Virus record (IMG/VR): IMGVR_UViG_3300046010_015054
Location: 64,001 to 128,000 of that record
Length of the DNA: 64,000 bases
Source of the DNA: a virus
Strand: one strand, 5' to 3'
Shown: positions 18,239-28,750 of the stretch, piece after piece
How positions within the stretch are numbered: the first letter of the stretch is position 1
Layout of the letters: the number at the start of each line of letters is the position of its first letter
Notes under the pieces: generated by a model
Seen by the model: only the letters and a program-made list of their open reading frames with translations
Told to the model about the DNA's origin: nothing
Databases searched by the model: none
Position numbers and translations under genes: made by a program

Positions 18239-19469
18239 TTTTTATTTTATAACTTAAGTTTTGTTTGATAATTATCTTACCGATTGCGCTTAATTCATCT
18301 TTTTCATTAGGATCAAAATCAAATAAAAAAGAATCATAAGTGTATAAGACAAGCTTTGTATTTTTTCCTTTTAAAATTCTAAAAAATTCCCACATTAAAT
18401 TAATATTATTGGAAGTTTCTAGATTTTGAATTACATAATTTAATAATTTTTGAGGATTCATATTTTCGAGTTTATCCTTATAAAATTTAAAACCCGAAAT
18501 AGGGCATTCAACATACCCCATATGTTGAAATGTATCCCATAAATTATCTATGTATATTATTATCTTTTTAAAAAATTCAAGATTTTGATATTGAGGTAGA
18601 ACCCCCCCGTATAATTGTTGTAGAGTTAATATTTTGGCTTCCTGCCTATCACATCTATAAACTTGTGCAAGATGACTATAAATGTCCTCACTATTAAAAT
18701 CATACCTAACTGCATGAGCCAAAAGAGTAGGATGATAAGCGCTAATGTCGAACTCAACAAATAAAGAATTCCTTGGGATAAAAGCTTCCCTACACCCATT
18801 TTCTTTGTTAAGTGCTGCATAATTTATTCCATTAAATGTGTTTGACGGGCGTGTTGTAAGTGTTTTAAAATTATACTTTGTAAAAACATAGGGTTCCGTT
18901 GTTTTGTGAAAATATTGATTATATAAATCTATATTAACGTGTAACCCGCTTTTTTCTATACCACAGAACACCCAACTAGCTTTTAAATTATAAAATTCAT
19001 TTACTGGGTTATCTATTAAATGTTCTAATTCTTCAAATAGTGCTTCGCAATATTCGTAATGTTTTACAATAGGTATAATTGTATTTACATCTGCTCTATG
19101 TTTATGTTTATCATAGATAAACTCATGAGCTGTTGTGTACTTTACCTCTATTTGATTAGGGAATGTTATGTCAAAACTTTGATTTAAAGGAAAATAGTGT
19201 AAAAATTCCTTTTTATCTTTAACATATATTTTTTCTAAACTCTTAATTAGTAAAAATACATCATCTTCAAATAACACACTAGATTCAGTGTGATAAATTG
19301 GAAGTAAATAACCCTTATAATCGTTTAAAGGACGAATATAAAGGGCGCAAATTGAATTTTGCGCCGGGTGTATAAAAGGATTATAGGGTATGATCTCAAT
19401 AAAAGCCTCTTTGCCGAGATTCTTTTTAAATTCCTTAAATTGTTCTTGAGATTCAACTAACCAAAACAT
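18216..19469 (-). CDS. polA: Short, divergent family A DNA polymerase
   Basis: TTRPS, motif A FDISAYHPTLLA, motif B RQEAKILTLQQLYG, motif C LYTYDSFLFD; only 417 aa. Confidence 0.75.
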   Translation of the reverse strand: MFWLVESQEQFKEFKKNLGKEAFIEIIPYNPFIHPAQNSICALYIRPLNDYKGYLLPIYHTESSVLFEDDVFLLIKSLEKIYVKDKKEFLHYFPLNQSFDITFPNQIEVKYTTAHEFIYDKHKHRADVNTIIPIVKHYEYCEALFEELEHLIDNPVNEFYNLKASWVFCGIEKSGLHVNIDLYNQYFHKTTEPYVFTKYNFKTLTTRPSNTFNGINYAALNKENGCREAFIPRNSLFVEFDISAYHPTLLAHAVRYDFNSEDIYSHLAQVYRCDRQEAKILTLQQLYGGVLPQYQNLEFFKKIIIYIDNLWDTFQHMGYVECPISGFKFYKDKLENMNPQKLLNYVIQNLETSNNINLMWEFFRILKGKNTKLVLYTYDSFLFDFDPNEKDELSAIGKIIIKQNLSYKIKNGTSYNF

Positions 19470-19492
19470 CTATATCATAACCTTTAGAGATA

Positions 19493-19524
19493 TAAAGATA
19501 TGACAAGAATTTTAATTAACCAAA
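19493..19524 (-). promoter_or_regulatory. Bacteroidota sigma70-type promoter (TTTG-N20-TATCTTTA) upstream of polA
   Basis: -33 TTTG and a -7-like box with a 20-nt spacer. Confidence 0.6.
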
Positions 19525-20145
19525 TTAACCTTTATAAAATTTAGTATAATCAAAATTTAAATATAAACCTAAACCTTTTACGCCATATTGTTTTTCAACA
19601 TTACCAGTAGTTCTAGCATTAGTTTTATAAACTTCTTCTTTTACACCGACTAATTGCCAAGGTAAAATAATAGCTAAAACCGATTGATATAAAAATTTAG
19701 TTTCTTTATTAATTAAAGAATTATAATCTCCTTGACTAATTTCAACATATCTTTCACCACTTAAAGTTTTATAAAAATATCTGTTAAATTGAGTATTTTT
19801 ATAATCTTGTTCTGTTGGTTTTGCAAAATAAAATTTTGGATAAATAGGTTGAGGTGTATTTGGATTTTGTTTAGTTACTATTGAGTAAGCGTAGTTTGGT
19901 TCTGTAAATCTAGCATCAATCACTAAATCATTATCAGCATTTGTTTGAGTTGGATCTAATGCAGTTTCACTAATTGGAATTAATGGAACTGAATTTGGGT
20001 CTTGTGGGTTTTTACCTGTAAATTTTTGATCTAAAGAAGTTTCATAGTAATTACCCACATATAATTCTTTTGTTATAGAATTAATAAATTCACCCCCATT
20101 TGTAAAGAGGTTAGTGCGAATTTGGGTTTTAGGATAATAGATCAT
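19525..20145 (-). CDS. Hypothetical protein, last gene of the baseplate operon
   Basis: 206 aa; ATGA-coupled to the hub gene. Confidence 0.65.
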   Translation of the reverse strand: MIYYPKTQIRTNLFTNGGEFINSITKELYVGNYYETSLDQKFTGKNPQDPNSVPLIPISETALDPTQTNADNDLVIDARFTEPNYAYSIVTKQNPNTPQPIYPKFYFAKPTEQDYKNTQFNRYFYKTLSGERYVEISQGDYNSLINKETKFLYQSVLAIILPWQLVGVKEEVYKTNARTTGNVEKQYGVKGLGLYLNFDYTKFYKG

Positions 20146-23054
20146 TTTCTAACAAATAATGCTCTTTCAGTAGTTCTTCTTCTTAAAAGACCCGGAAGTA
20201 CTTTTCCTCCTGCTTTACTATATTCTAAAATTTTATTAGCTGCGGCTGGTTTATTACCAGCTACAATTAGATTTTTTAATCCTGAATTTTTAGACCATCC
20301 TGCTCCTAAATTATAAGTAAATGATAAAAGAGCATCCCATTCATTTTGAGTAAAGGTAATCTGTTTACCACCTGTATTTTTAGGTAAAAAATTATTTTTT
20401 ACTGTAAATTGAAATCTTTGAAGGTCTACTCTTAATAAATTAACTGCTTCACTTTCAGTAACAACATCTGTAGAAGTTATAGCTCTACCTGCTCTTCTTG
20501 TTGTACCATAACCAATAGTCCAAACTCCAACAGAATCTTTATAAGCTTTTGATCTAAATCCTTCAAATTGTTTAATTAGATTAATAGCATTATTACTAAA
20601 AGATATATCTTGAACATTTTGTTCATTATTATTTACTTCTTGATAAGTAAATGGGGCAGCTTGTACCTTAGGTAATTCAGTTGCATTACCTGAAGTAGTG
20701 TATAATTGATTTTCTGTGGGTCTGTTTGGTGATTTGGGTACAAATAGAGTTTCTAATTCAGTAGTCCAAGTATTATTATTAACTTTATGTACAATATTTT
20801 TTAAAATATAACTTAAATTATCAGCATATCCTGCAGGTAAGAAATCAGATTGTACTTCAAATTGTTGAAGAATTTTCATACCTGAAATTCCATCAAGGGT
20901 TAAATTTAAATTGATAGGAATAGCAGGTAAAGTAGTACTTATAGCATTATTTTGAAGCGCTTCAATAGCATTATTATACTGAACTAAATTTTTAATTAAG
21001 TTCTTTTGAGTTTCATATACATCTGGATTCCATTTGTAAGTATTATAAGTTTCTATAATGTTTTTATCATAAGCTAAAGCTGCTTCTTCATAATTAGCCA
21101 ATAATTCATTAGCTTCAGGGTTATTTAAAGCATTATTTTTTTCTTTTTCAAATTCACTCAAGGCTTGAACAGATGATATACCTACAACAGGTGAAGGTTC
21201 AGTACTTGGTCCTGATTTTTGGGTGTTAGTGCTACTAGTAAGTTTTTCAGGAAATACTCTATCAATTAAACCTTCATTTAATTTACTAAATGCCGTAGCA
21301 TCCTCAGAGATACTAGCGCCATTAGCTTGAGCCCCAATTGCTACAGTTGACTGTAAATCATTATCTAGTTGAGTTTGAAAAGAGAAATCTCTAACAAAAC
21401 TACCTTCTTCTAAACCAAAATTGCTTTTAACCCCTAAAAGTCTAATAGGAGTATTTTCTACTTTTTTCTTAGTAGTATTTTGAATTAATTTATTTTGATC
21501 TGGGAATGTTCTACGCTCAATTATTTTAATAGTGTTAGTATCAGCATCAATGTATGGTTCTAGTTTATTTATGTAACCAAAAGATTCATTAATGCCATCA
21601 CAAATAGCTTTTAAAAAATCAAAATAATTTACTTTGTTATTATTATCTATTAATTCATCTAATTTACTTAATATAAATTCAAAATTAATATAAACATTCA
21701 TTAATAATCCAATAGGATAACTTAAAACTTCTCTATTAAACCCTACTTCAGCAGATGAATATAATTCTATAGGTACATTAGGATTAAATGTAGAATCTAT
21801 TTTTTTCATTATACAGATTCTTGGATCAGCCGCGAATTGAAGTCTATCTAAATAAAGAAAATTAGTTTGAGTATCAAAATCAAAATCAATATAAGGAGGA
21901 TATTCTGTTTCACTAACAAATTTATAATTTCCCTTATTATTATTAAATATTTGAGAATTCCATTGCAAAAATTTTAAAAAACTTCCTAATCTATAATAAA
22001 ATTGAAAATTATCTTGGTCATCTGAGAATTTAGCTGCATAACAATGTGCTACATTAGGTGTAGGGGTGAATTTTAAATTTAAATTAGGATTAGTTAAATA
22101 AATTCTCCACTGATTTTGTTCAGTATTTTCAGAGATATTAGTATTATTTTGCTTAATTAAAAATAAATGTTTACCTATAGCATGTTTATCTTTATGTCTC
22201 TGAAAGATGTCTACAGGTTGATTAGCATCTGTTCCTGTTGTTTGAGTTGTTGTATTTAAATTGTTAACTTTTAAACTTTCAATTAAATCGCCATAGGAAA
22301 TTAAATCAAGTGTGATATCATAATGTCCATCTTTATTAATAGCCCAACTATAATTTCTTACTCTACCAATCATAGCATCATAATTGGCACTATTAATTTT
22401 TCTTAATTCTAAAATTTTATTATGAACATCAAAATGACTTTTACCTTCTTGAAAAATAGAGTTTTGTAATGTTTTGGATATTTGACTTAAACTAGGATTT
22501 TCTTCATCTGTACCATTTTCCCAGTATAAAGTATTACCCCATTCAACAACAACAGAATATCCTAAACGTAAATAAAGTAAATCTAAAATTTCAAATTGTA
22601 CTTTATTATAAGCTTTTAATTGTATTTGTGCTTCTCTTAATGAACCATCATTTTTGTGTTTAACAATTAATGAAGAAACACCTGGAATTGGGTTAATACC
22701 AAATTCGGTACCACCTAGACCATAAGCAAAATTATTAATTAAAGAAGTATTATTTGTAACTCCAGAAAATATTTGATTAGGAGTAGTCCTAGTATCTGTT
22801 AATCCGGTATCTAATACAAAAGCTTTAGCTAAGTCTGAGCCTTTTAGATTTGCATCTTGTAACCAGCTGTATCTTTTTAGGTTTGTAGTTTGAGTATCGA
22901 TAACATTTACCATACTAGTAACTTTAATAAATCCTGTTTTAGCATTTTGCCAAACAAGATTTTCGTTACTTCTACCAGCTAAACCTAATTTTTGCTGTCT
23001 TTTTTTAATTTGATCGTTAACAAACTCATCAAAACTTTCTCCTATAAGGTTCAT
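20142..23054 (-). CDS. Baseplate hub-like protein with C-terminal GH24 phage lysozyme domain
   Basis: C-terminal LIKQFEGFRSKAYKDSVGVWTIGYG...DALLSFTYNLG...GLLRRR--E; hub-like LDGISG...H-V-NNTWTTELE; follows the LysM gene. Confidence 0.78.
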   Translation of the reverse strand: MNLIGESFDEFVNDQIKKRQQKLGLAGRSNENLVWQNAKTGFIKVTSMVNVIDTQTTNLKRYSWLQDANLKGSDLAKAFVLDTGLTDTRTTPNQIFSGVTNNTSLINNFAYGLGGTEFGINPIPGVSSLIVKHKNDGSLREAQIQLKAYNKVQFEILDLLYLRLGYSVVVEWGNTLYWENGTDEENPSLSQISKTLQNSIFQEGKSHFDVHNKILELRKINSANYDAMIGRVRNYSWAINKDGHYDITLDLISYGDLIESLKVNNLNTTTQTTGTDANQPVDIFQRHKDKHAIGKHLFLIKQNNTNISENTEQNQWRIYLTNPNLNLKFTPTPNVAHCYAAKFSDDQDNFQFYYRLGSFLKFLQWNSQIFNNNKGNYKFVSETEYPPYIDFDFDTQTNFLYLDRLQFAADPRICIMKKIDSTFNPNVPIELYSSAEVGFNREVLSYPIGLLMNVYINFEFILSKLDELIDNNNKVNYFDFLKAICDGINESFGYINKLEPYIDADTNTIKIIERRTFPDQNKLIQNTTKKKVENTPIRLLGVKSNFGLEEGSFVRDFSFQTQLDNDLQSTVAIGAQANGASISEDATAFSKLNEGLIDRVFPEKLTSSTNTQKSGPSTEPSPVVGISSVQALSEFEKEKNNALNNPEANELLANYEEAALAYDKNIIETYNTYKWNPDVYETQKNLIKNLVQYNNAIEALQNNAISTTLPAIPINLNLTLDGISGMKILQQFEVQSDFLPAGYADNLSYILKNIVHKVNNNTWTTELETLFVPKSPNRPTENQLYTTSGNATELPKVQAAPFTYQEVNNNEQNVQDISFSNNAINLIKQFEGFRSKAYKDSVGVWTIGYGTTRRAGRAITSTDVVTESEAVNLLRVDLQRFQFTVKNNFLPKNTGGKQITFTQNEWDALLSFTYNLGAGWSKNSGLKNLIVAGNKPAAANKILEYSKAGGKVLPGLLRRRTTERALFVRK

Positions 23055-23356
23055 TGGATCTCATTTAAGGTTTCAAACGCAGAAATAATAGCACTAGGAT
23101 TACTTGGAATTCTAATTTGAATTCCTTCAGGTGGAAACAATGAATTTTTAGGTAACTCAGCATTTGCAGCTGAGATAATCCACCAAAGTGAAGAATCTCC
23201 ATAATATTGTGATGCTAAAGTATCAAATCGATCCCCTTGAGTTGTATAAACATACACATCTGTTTGTTGTAAGGGAATTTCAGGATACAAAGTAGTTTTA
23301 TAATATCTGCTACCTGTATTGTCCTTTAGAATGGGTATATTTCTATATCTGTTCAT
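23051..23356 (-). CDS. LysM / tail-X-like baseplate protein
   Basis: TTQGDRFDTLASQYYGDSSLWWIISAAN...GIQIRIP. Confidence 0.85.
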   Translation of the reverse strand: MNRYRNIPILKDNTGSRYYKTTLYPEIPLQQTDVYVYTTQGDRFDTLASQYYGDSSLWWIISAANAELPKNSLFPPEGIQIRIPSNPSAIISAFETLNEIQ

Positions 23357-25374
23357 TAGGGTGCGGTAGTGTAATTATTATTAAATCCGTTTGATAAACT
23401 AATATATCTTTGTAAACCATAACCTTCTACTTTTGTAGGTGCTAATGTAGCATCTTGTTCTGTAGCTAAATTACCAAAATTAAGAATTTGAGTTCTTGGT
23501 AAGAAGCTTTGAATTGGAGTAAATCTAAATCCAGTTACTCTGATTAATTGTGATAATTCTTTAACACCTTCAGCTGCTTGAATCCTATCTTCATCCAAAC
23601 CTGTACCTAAAGTATTAATGCCTATTTCCCAAGTTGCATCTTGGGGCATTTCGTATGTAAATCCTCTTATTATTCCCACTGTCTCATAAAGATAACCACC
23701 AATCGTTAATTGGACAAGGTTACCTCTCATATATCCTGAATTTGAGTAATCTGGAGAGCAAACTGATGCTAGGTAATTTAGTTTTTTATACATTGGAATC
23801 AGTTCAGCACGTGATTGTGCGGCTACTGACCAACCTAATGATATATCACGTGTAAAACCCTGATAGGTGTAGAAGTTTTCACCACGACCTGTGTATTTAA
23901 ATGAATTCCATTCACTTGCATAGTTATCTGAAATACTATCTAAGAATGCTCTAAAGTGAATAAAAGTTTTGTTCTGAGGGTTATTGTTATCAATTACAGC
24001 TATTCTAAATTTAACTAAATCATTGACAGGAAAATCTGGCATGTTATTAGTTGCTACTGAGCTAGCTTTATAAAGTGGCAAAGCTGTAATCTTATCTAAA
24101 GGATTAGGTGAATCGTTATAATTTGCTTTATTTTTAGGAGTACCAGGATTTCCTAAATGTACTCTGGTTTCAATAGCTCCTGTTATATAATCTGGAGCTT
24201 CAGCGAGGTTATTATTATCTTTACCTAAAAGTTTTTTACCTTCAGGAGTTTCAATAATTGTTTTTCTAAAATCTTTTGGAAATTGACCACTTTTATTACC
24301 AATAGGTTCAGCGTTTAATATCTGGAATTGGTTAAAAGTAGTTGTTCCGTTTTGTTGAATAATATTAGTATTAGTTGCTGGAAATGTTCCTCCTTGTTTG
24401 TAAACATTTCTTTCACTTGTTAAAGTACCACCTGCTCCAAAAAGAGTATCATTTAATCTAATTGCAGAGATAAAAGCTGCGGGTAATCCTCCAGAGGCTA
24501 AAGCTGTAGCAGTATTAGCAGCATTAATACGAGCTATTGCTTTATTAACATTTTGTTGATATTCTAAACTTGCTCCTTGTTTATTATACCTAATAGGTTC
24601 GTCATCGTGTAATTTAACAGGTCCTGTTTTACCTAAAGTTAAAATTCCACCCTTAGCATAACTCCCATAAAAGTATGCTTTATCAGCCCCAATAGATCGA
24701 GCTAATGGGTTATTTATACCTGTTCTTTGATCACCAAATTTAATATTAGTTGTACCTACTCCTAAAGGAGCACCAGGACCTCCTCTATATGATAGAATAT
24801 TAGAAGGTAAATCAGCAATGTTATTAGGAACTAAGGAAGATTTACCTGCAAAAGGTAAATTTTCCATTTTAACCTGAAAAAGGTTAATTAATCTGTTATT
24901 ATTAGTAGTTTTTAAACTAAGAGCAGCTCCAGCTTTAGGATTTACAACATCTAAATAAGTTCTAAGAGATAAAGGTGATAAACCAGTTGGATCAATACCT
25001 TGTTTATTTAAATGACCCCCAAACGCAACAATACCTGCTTGAGCTAAAGTAGATAAAGGAGTATAAACTCCCTGATTTAAGATACCACCTGCTTGAGTTC
25101 TAACGTTAGAGTTAGATAATAAATTTTGTTTAGCGATAAATAAAAGACCATTAGGTGATTTTAAATCGAAAAACATTTTTGTTAACCTCTTTATATCTGT
25201 TAAAGAATTTTGAGGTGCTAAGTAACCATTACGCAATAAGAAATCCGGTGATTTAGGTGCTAACCCTACAGGAATTTCTTTCTGTATGTAGGGTTGCCCG
25301 CTATAACCACCACCGGGAGTATCTTTCCCGTACCTAATATCTTTTAGGTTCGTTGTAAGGTTAATTAATGGCAT
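23356..25374 (-). CDS. Baseplate / tail-tube initiator-like protein
   Basis: C-terminal FRAFL--ISD-Y---W-----GRGE-FY-Y-GF-R-ISL; lies between the tape measure and LysM genes. Confidence 0.65.
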   Translation of the reverse strand: MPLINLTTNLKDIRYGKDTPGGGYSGQPYIQKEIPVGLAPKSPDFLLRNGYLAPQNSLTDIKRLTKMFFDLKSPNGLLFIAKQNLLSNSNVRTQAGGILNQGVYTPLSTLAQAGIVAFGGHLNKQGIDPTGLSPLSLRTYLDVVNPKAGAALSLKTTNNNRLINLFQVKMENLPFAGKSSLVPNNIADLPSNILSYRGGPGAPLGVGTTNIKFGDQRTGINNPLARSIGADKAYFYGSYAKGGILTLGKTGPVKLHDDEPIRYNKQGASLEYQQNVNKAIARINAANTATALASGGLPAAFISAIRLNDTLFGAGGTLTSERNVYKQGGTFPATNTNIIQQNGTTTFNQFQILNAEPIGNKSGQFPKDFRKTIIETPEGKKLLGKDNNNLAEAPDYITGAIETRVHLGNPGTPKNKANYNDSPNPLDKITALPLYKASSVATNNMPDFPVNDLVKFRIAVIDNNNPQNKTFIHFRAFLDSISDNYASEWNSFKYTGRGENFYTYQGFTRDISLGWSVAAQSRAELIPMYKKLNYLASVCSPDYSNSGYMRGNLVQLTIGGYLYETVGIIRGFTYEMPQDATWEIGINTLGTGLDEDRIQAAEGVKELSQLIRVTGFRFTPIQSFLPRTQILNFGNLATEQDATLAPTKVEGYGLQRYISLSNGFNNNYTTAP

Positions 25375-25377
25375 ATA

Positions 25378-25584
25378 TTATCCTGGAGGATTGTCTAAAT
25401 ACTTAGGTGGGGTTATTCCATTTAAATCCAATTGTGATGGATTAGGAAATCCTGGGAATGGGGGAGTATTGTTGATTGAATACTCATAGTGTAATTTAGA
25501 TTGAGGATTTGCACTACCAATAGTTGGTGGGGTTAATCCTTTCAAACCTAAAGGAGATGAAGGTAAAAGTTTTAGTAGTCCCAT
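25378..25584 (-). CDS. Small Pro-rich hypothetical tail protein
   Basis: 68 aa ending SQLDLNGITPPKYLDNPPG; own late motif upstream. Confidence 0.7.
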   Translation of the reverse strand: MGLLKLLPSSPLGLKGLTPPTIGSANPQSKLHYEYSINNTPPFPGFPNPSQLDLNGITPPKYLDNPPG

Positions 25585-25607
25585 AGTTTTTTATTATAAA
25601 TATTGGA

Positions 25608-27677
25608 TTAATTAATTTTTACTGCTGATACTCTTAATGCTTCTCCAACTTTAGTTGAATCCATATAAACATTCGTATCTTTAGCAAGTAGTTGTCCTAG
25701 TAGATTTTTTACAGCAGCCATTTCTTGTACTAAAGGTCCCATATCCATTGAAACTGCACTTGAAACTGCAGCTTGTGATTTTCTTTTTCCTTCTAAATTA
25801 GTACCTGCTATAATAGTATCGTTATCGTTTAATTGAATTGAGCCTTCTGGGGATAGGATTGTTCTTTTACCATATCCAGGCTGTACCATATCATCTGCTA
25901 CTTGTGAGTTAGCACTTGAGATTAATGATAAAAGACCTCCTGCTACACCTGTAGCAGCAGCTAAACCAATACCAAATGGAATTTGAGATAATGAGGTATA
26001 GATACCAGCAATTGCAGTAACTACAGATTTGATAGCTAAAGGTGCCATTGCTGCAGCAACACCTACAATAATTGGAGATAAAGCAGCCATTTTTGAAACT
26101 AAAAATGATACTATATCAAGAATGGGAGCAAATGCTAAACCAATATCTCCAACTACACCCTGGATTTTAGTTAAGGTATTTTGGAAGTTTTCTGCTGCTG
26201 ATTGTGCTTTTAATTGCTCATATGCTTGTTCACCAAATTTTTCTCTTACAGCTTCAGCTCCAATTGTCATAACTTGTTGTTGATAAACCATTTGAGCCAT
26301 CTCTTCTCGAGACATACCCAAAGCTTCAGCAACAGCTTGTTGTTGGAATCGGTTACCTGTAGCAAATGTATCTATAATTTGTTGATTTTTACCAATTTCT
26401 TGGGTTAAACCAACCATATCATTCATTAAAGCTGCTTGTCTGGCTTGTTCAAGATTGATTTCTTGACCTATTAAAAGTTCAGCTTTTAATTCTTTGGTAA
26501 TTGAATCTTCAAAATTTAGAAGTGAACCTGCTATTTTATCAACTTCACCTAAACTTAAACCTAATTGTCTTGCTTCAGTTGCGGCTTCAGCAATAAGGCT
26601 GGGATTCATTCCTAAACTTACTACAATAGATTTAGAAGCAGATGCAATATCATTAAATACTTGTTTTAAAAGTATTCCTGTACCTTTTTGAGCGTTTAAA
26701 CCATCAACTGTCTTACTAACATTATCTAAAACATCTTCAGTGTTTTCACCTTGACTGCGTGCTAATAATGTTAATTGAGCTGCTTCTTTATTACCTAAAC
26801 CTAATCTTTGAGTTAAATTAGTAAAGGTTTCAAGTGTTTGACCACTTGTATTAACAATTGAACCTAATTCTTTTGATAAATCAACAAAAGATTTTGAAAG
26901 TTTAGCAGAATTAATAAAAGCATCACCAGTAGATGCAGCAACAACTTTTAATTCAGCTGAAAGTGCTAAGGATTCTGAGTAGCTTAAGCCTGCTTCTTTT
27001 CTAAATGAAGCCATTTGTGCCGAAGCATCAAACATTCCTTTAATAATAAATCCAATTGCACCCTCTATTAAGTTAGCAGTTGAAAATACATCTTTAAAAT
27101 TACCATTTAAAACCTTAGCAAGAGTACCAGTTTTATCAATAGTATTAGCTTGCTGTTGTAATAAACCTCTTCCTTTTTCAAGAAGAGACATACCTTTTAT
27201 TCTTTCAGTATTTTGCTTTTCTAAATCTTCAAGTTGTAATTCAGCTAATGCTTGTTGTTCTTTTAGTTCTGTAACTAATTCAGCATTTATTTCTACACCT
27301 TGTAATTCTAATGCCTGAATTCTACTTTGAACAGCAGCAATTGTTGCTTGTACTCTAATTTTTTCTTTGTCAAAATCAGCTTGTTTAGCTTGACCTGAAA
27401 TAATTTTTTGCTGTAAAGCTATTTGAGAATCTAAAGAGCCATTAATCTTTTTAAGACCATTAACAATATCTCTTTCGTATGATTTAGCTACACGTTGTCC
27501 TACTGAGCCTAAATTGTCAGTTTTATCAATAGCTTCTTGAATAGCGTCTTGGATGGTGAATCCTAACGAAGTAAAGGCATCTCTCAGAAAGGTTATGTTT
27601 TCACTAAACCTATCTGTGAACTGCTGCTGTGCGTTATTAGCGTCGTTAAACTGCTGTTGAGGATCTCCTTCTGCCAT
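25608..27677 (-). CDS. Tail tape measure protein
   Basis: 689-aa Ala/Gln-rich helical protein with a hydrophobic segment, directly downstream of the chaperone genes. Confidence 0.8.
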   Translation of the reverse strand: MAEGDPQQQFNDANNAQQQFTDRFSENITFLRDAFTSLGFTIQDAIQEAIDKTDNLGSVGQRVAKSYERDIVNGLKKINGSLDSQIALQQKIISGQAKQADFDKEKIRVQATIAAVQSRIQALELQGVEINAELVTELKEQQALAELQLEDLEKQNTERIKGMSLLEKGRGLLQQQANTIDKTGTLAKVLNGNFKDVFSTANLIEGAIGFIIKGMFDASAQMASFRKEAGLSYSESLALSAELKVVAASTGDAFINSAKLSKSFVDLSKELGSIVNTSGQTLETFTNLTQRLGLGNKEAAQLTLLARSQGENTEDVLDNVSKTVDGLNAQKGTGILLKQVFNDIASASKSIVVSLGMNPSLIAEAATEARQLGLSLGEVDKIAGSLLNFEDSITKELKAELLIGQEINLEQARQAALMNDMVGLTQEIGKNQQIIDTFATGNRFQQQAVAEALGMSREEMAQMVYQQQVMTIGAEAVREKFGEQAYEQLKAQSAAENFQNTLTKIQGVVGDIGLAFAPILDIVSFLVSKMAALSPIIVGVAAAMAPLAIKSVVTAIAGIYTSLSQIPFGIGLAAATGVAGGLLSLISSANSQVADDMVQPGYGKRTILSPEGSIQLNDNDTIIAGTNLEGKRKSQAAVSSAVSMDMGPLVQEMAAVKNLLGQLLAKDTNVYMDSTKVGEALRVSAVKIN

Positions 27678-27702
27678 TCAACATTTTATGATAAATATTG
27701 CA

Positions 27703-28003
27703 CTATTTAAAACTTGATTTAGATTTTTGAGGCATTGATTTCATAAATTGAGGAGTATTAACATTTCCTGAAGAATCCATAATATTAGTAGTATTACTAC
27801 CGGTTTTAGATTTATCAATTTCTTCTTTTTGTTTAGTATAATAATCCTGTATTTTATTAAAAGTAAATTTCCTTAGCCATGTAGGCATGTTGTAGATAGT
27901 TTCCCAAGAATACCCCCCATTTCCATGAAAAACAATTTCATGAATTTGAGTAAATAAATTAAATCTTATTTTGGGTGCTGTTTCAGAGGTCAGGCCAAAA
28001 AAA
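27703..28003 (-). CDS. Tail assembly chaperone C-terminal extension (G-T type), probably reached by frameshift
   Basis: Frame is open from the U7 run at 28003-27997 (FFGLTSETAPKIRFNLFTQIHEIVFHGNGGYSWETIYNMPTWLRKF...); first ATG only at 27888. Confidence 0.7.
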
Positions 28004-28705
28004 GCTAAGAGTAATTGGAATAGCGGCCTCCTGTCCGCTGTCCGTAGTAAATTTCAAATCAACATCGGGTTGAACTCGTGAAATATACTCTCTTAATGCT
28101 CTTGAATCTCTAGCTAATAAATTAGTATCAACAAAATCACGTATAGTTTTAGTATCACTACTACCATTTACAGAAGTAATAATATACTTTAAACGTGTTG
28201 ATAATTCTGGTGATAATTCTCTACCTAATTTTTTAAGACCTTCTAATTCCTGATTAATTTTTAACTCATCTGAATGGGTTAAAATTTTAAAAGTAATAGC
28301 AGTATTAGAAGCTGGTAGGGTAAATTGAAATTCGTTTTTGTATTGAACAATTAATGATTCATCAAAAGGCTTATTTTCTACCTGTGATAAATCAATAGTA
28401 TATTCTTTATTAGCATACTTAAACGTGTAATCAGCACCATAACCTAAAATTCTAGAAGCTACCATTAGTGCATTTTTATCACCAATGACAAGATCGTCAT
28501 AATTCATTTTAGTGACAATTAATGCTTTTAAAAGCTTGTCTAAAACAGTACCATTTTGAATATAAGACTGGTTGGTAAGGATATCTTCTTCCTTAGCAGT
28601 CATATATTTCATTTCAATTTTACCGGATGATAGAGGACTTTCTTCAGGATATAGTAAGCCTTTTGAAGGTAATTCAATAACCTCTGTTGGAAAACTTGTA
28701 TTCAT
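27983..28705 (-). CDS. Tail assembly chaperone / baseplate hub assembly protein (gp26-like)
   Basis: ELPSKGLLY, MTAKEEDIL, GDKNALM--RILGYG, ends FFWP; lies between tail tube and tape measure. Confidence 0.78.
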   Translation of the reverse strand: MNTSFPTEVIELPSKGLLYPEESPLSSGKIEMKYMTAKEEDILTNQSYIQNGTVLDKLLKALIVTKMNYDDLVIGDKNALMVASRILGYGADYTFKYANKEYTIDLSQVENKPFDESLIVQYKNEFQFTLPASNTAITFKILTHSDELKINQELEGLKKLGRELSPELSTRLKYIITSVNGSSDTKTIRDFVDTNLLARDSRALREYISRVQPDVDLKFTTDSGQEAAIPITLSFFWPDL

Positions 28706-28750
28706 ATAATTTTAATAACAATTTGCGAGTATACATATTAAAATAAAAAA

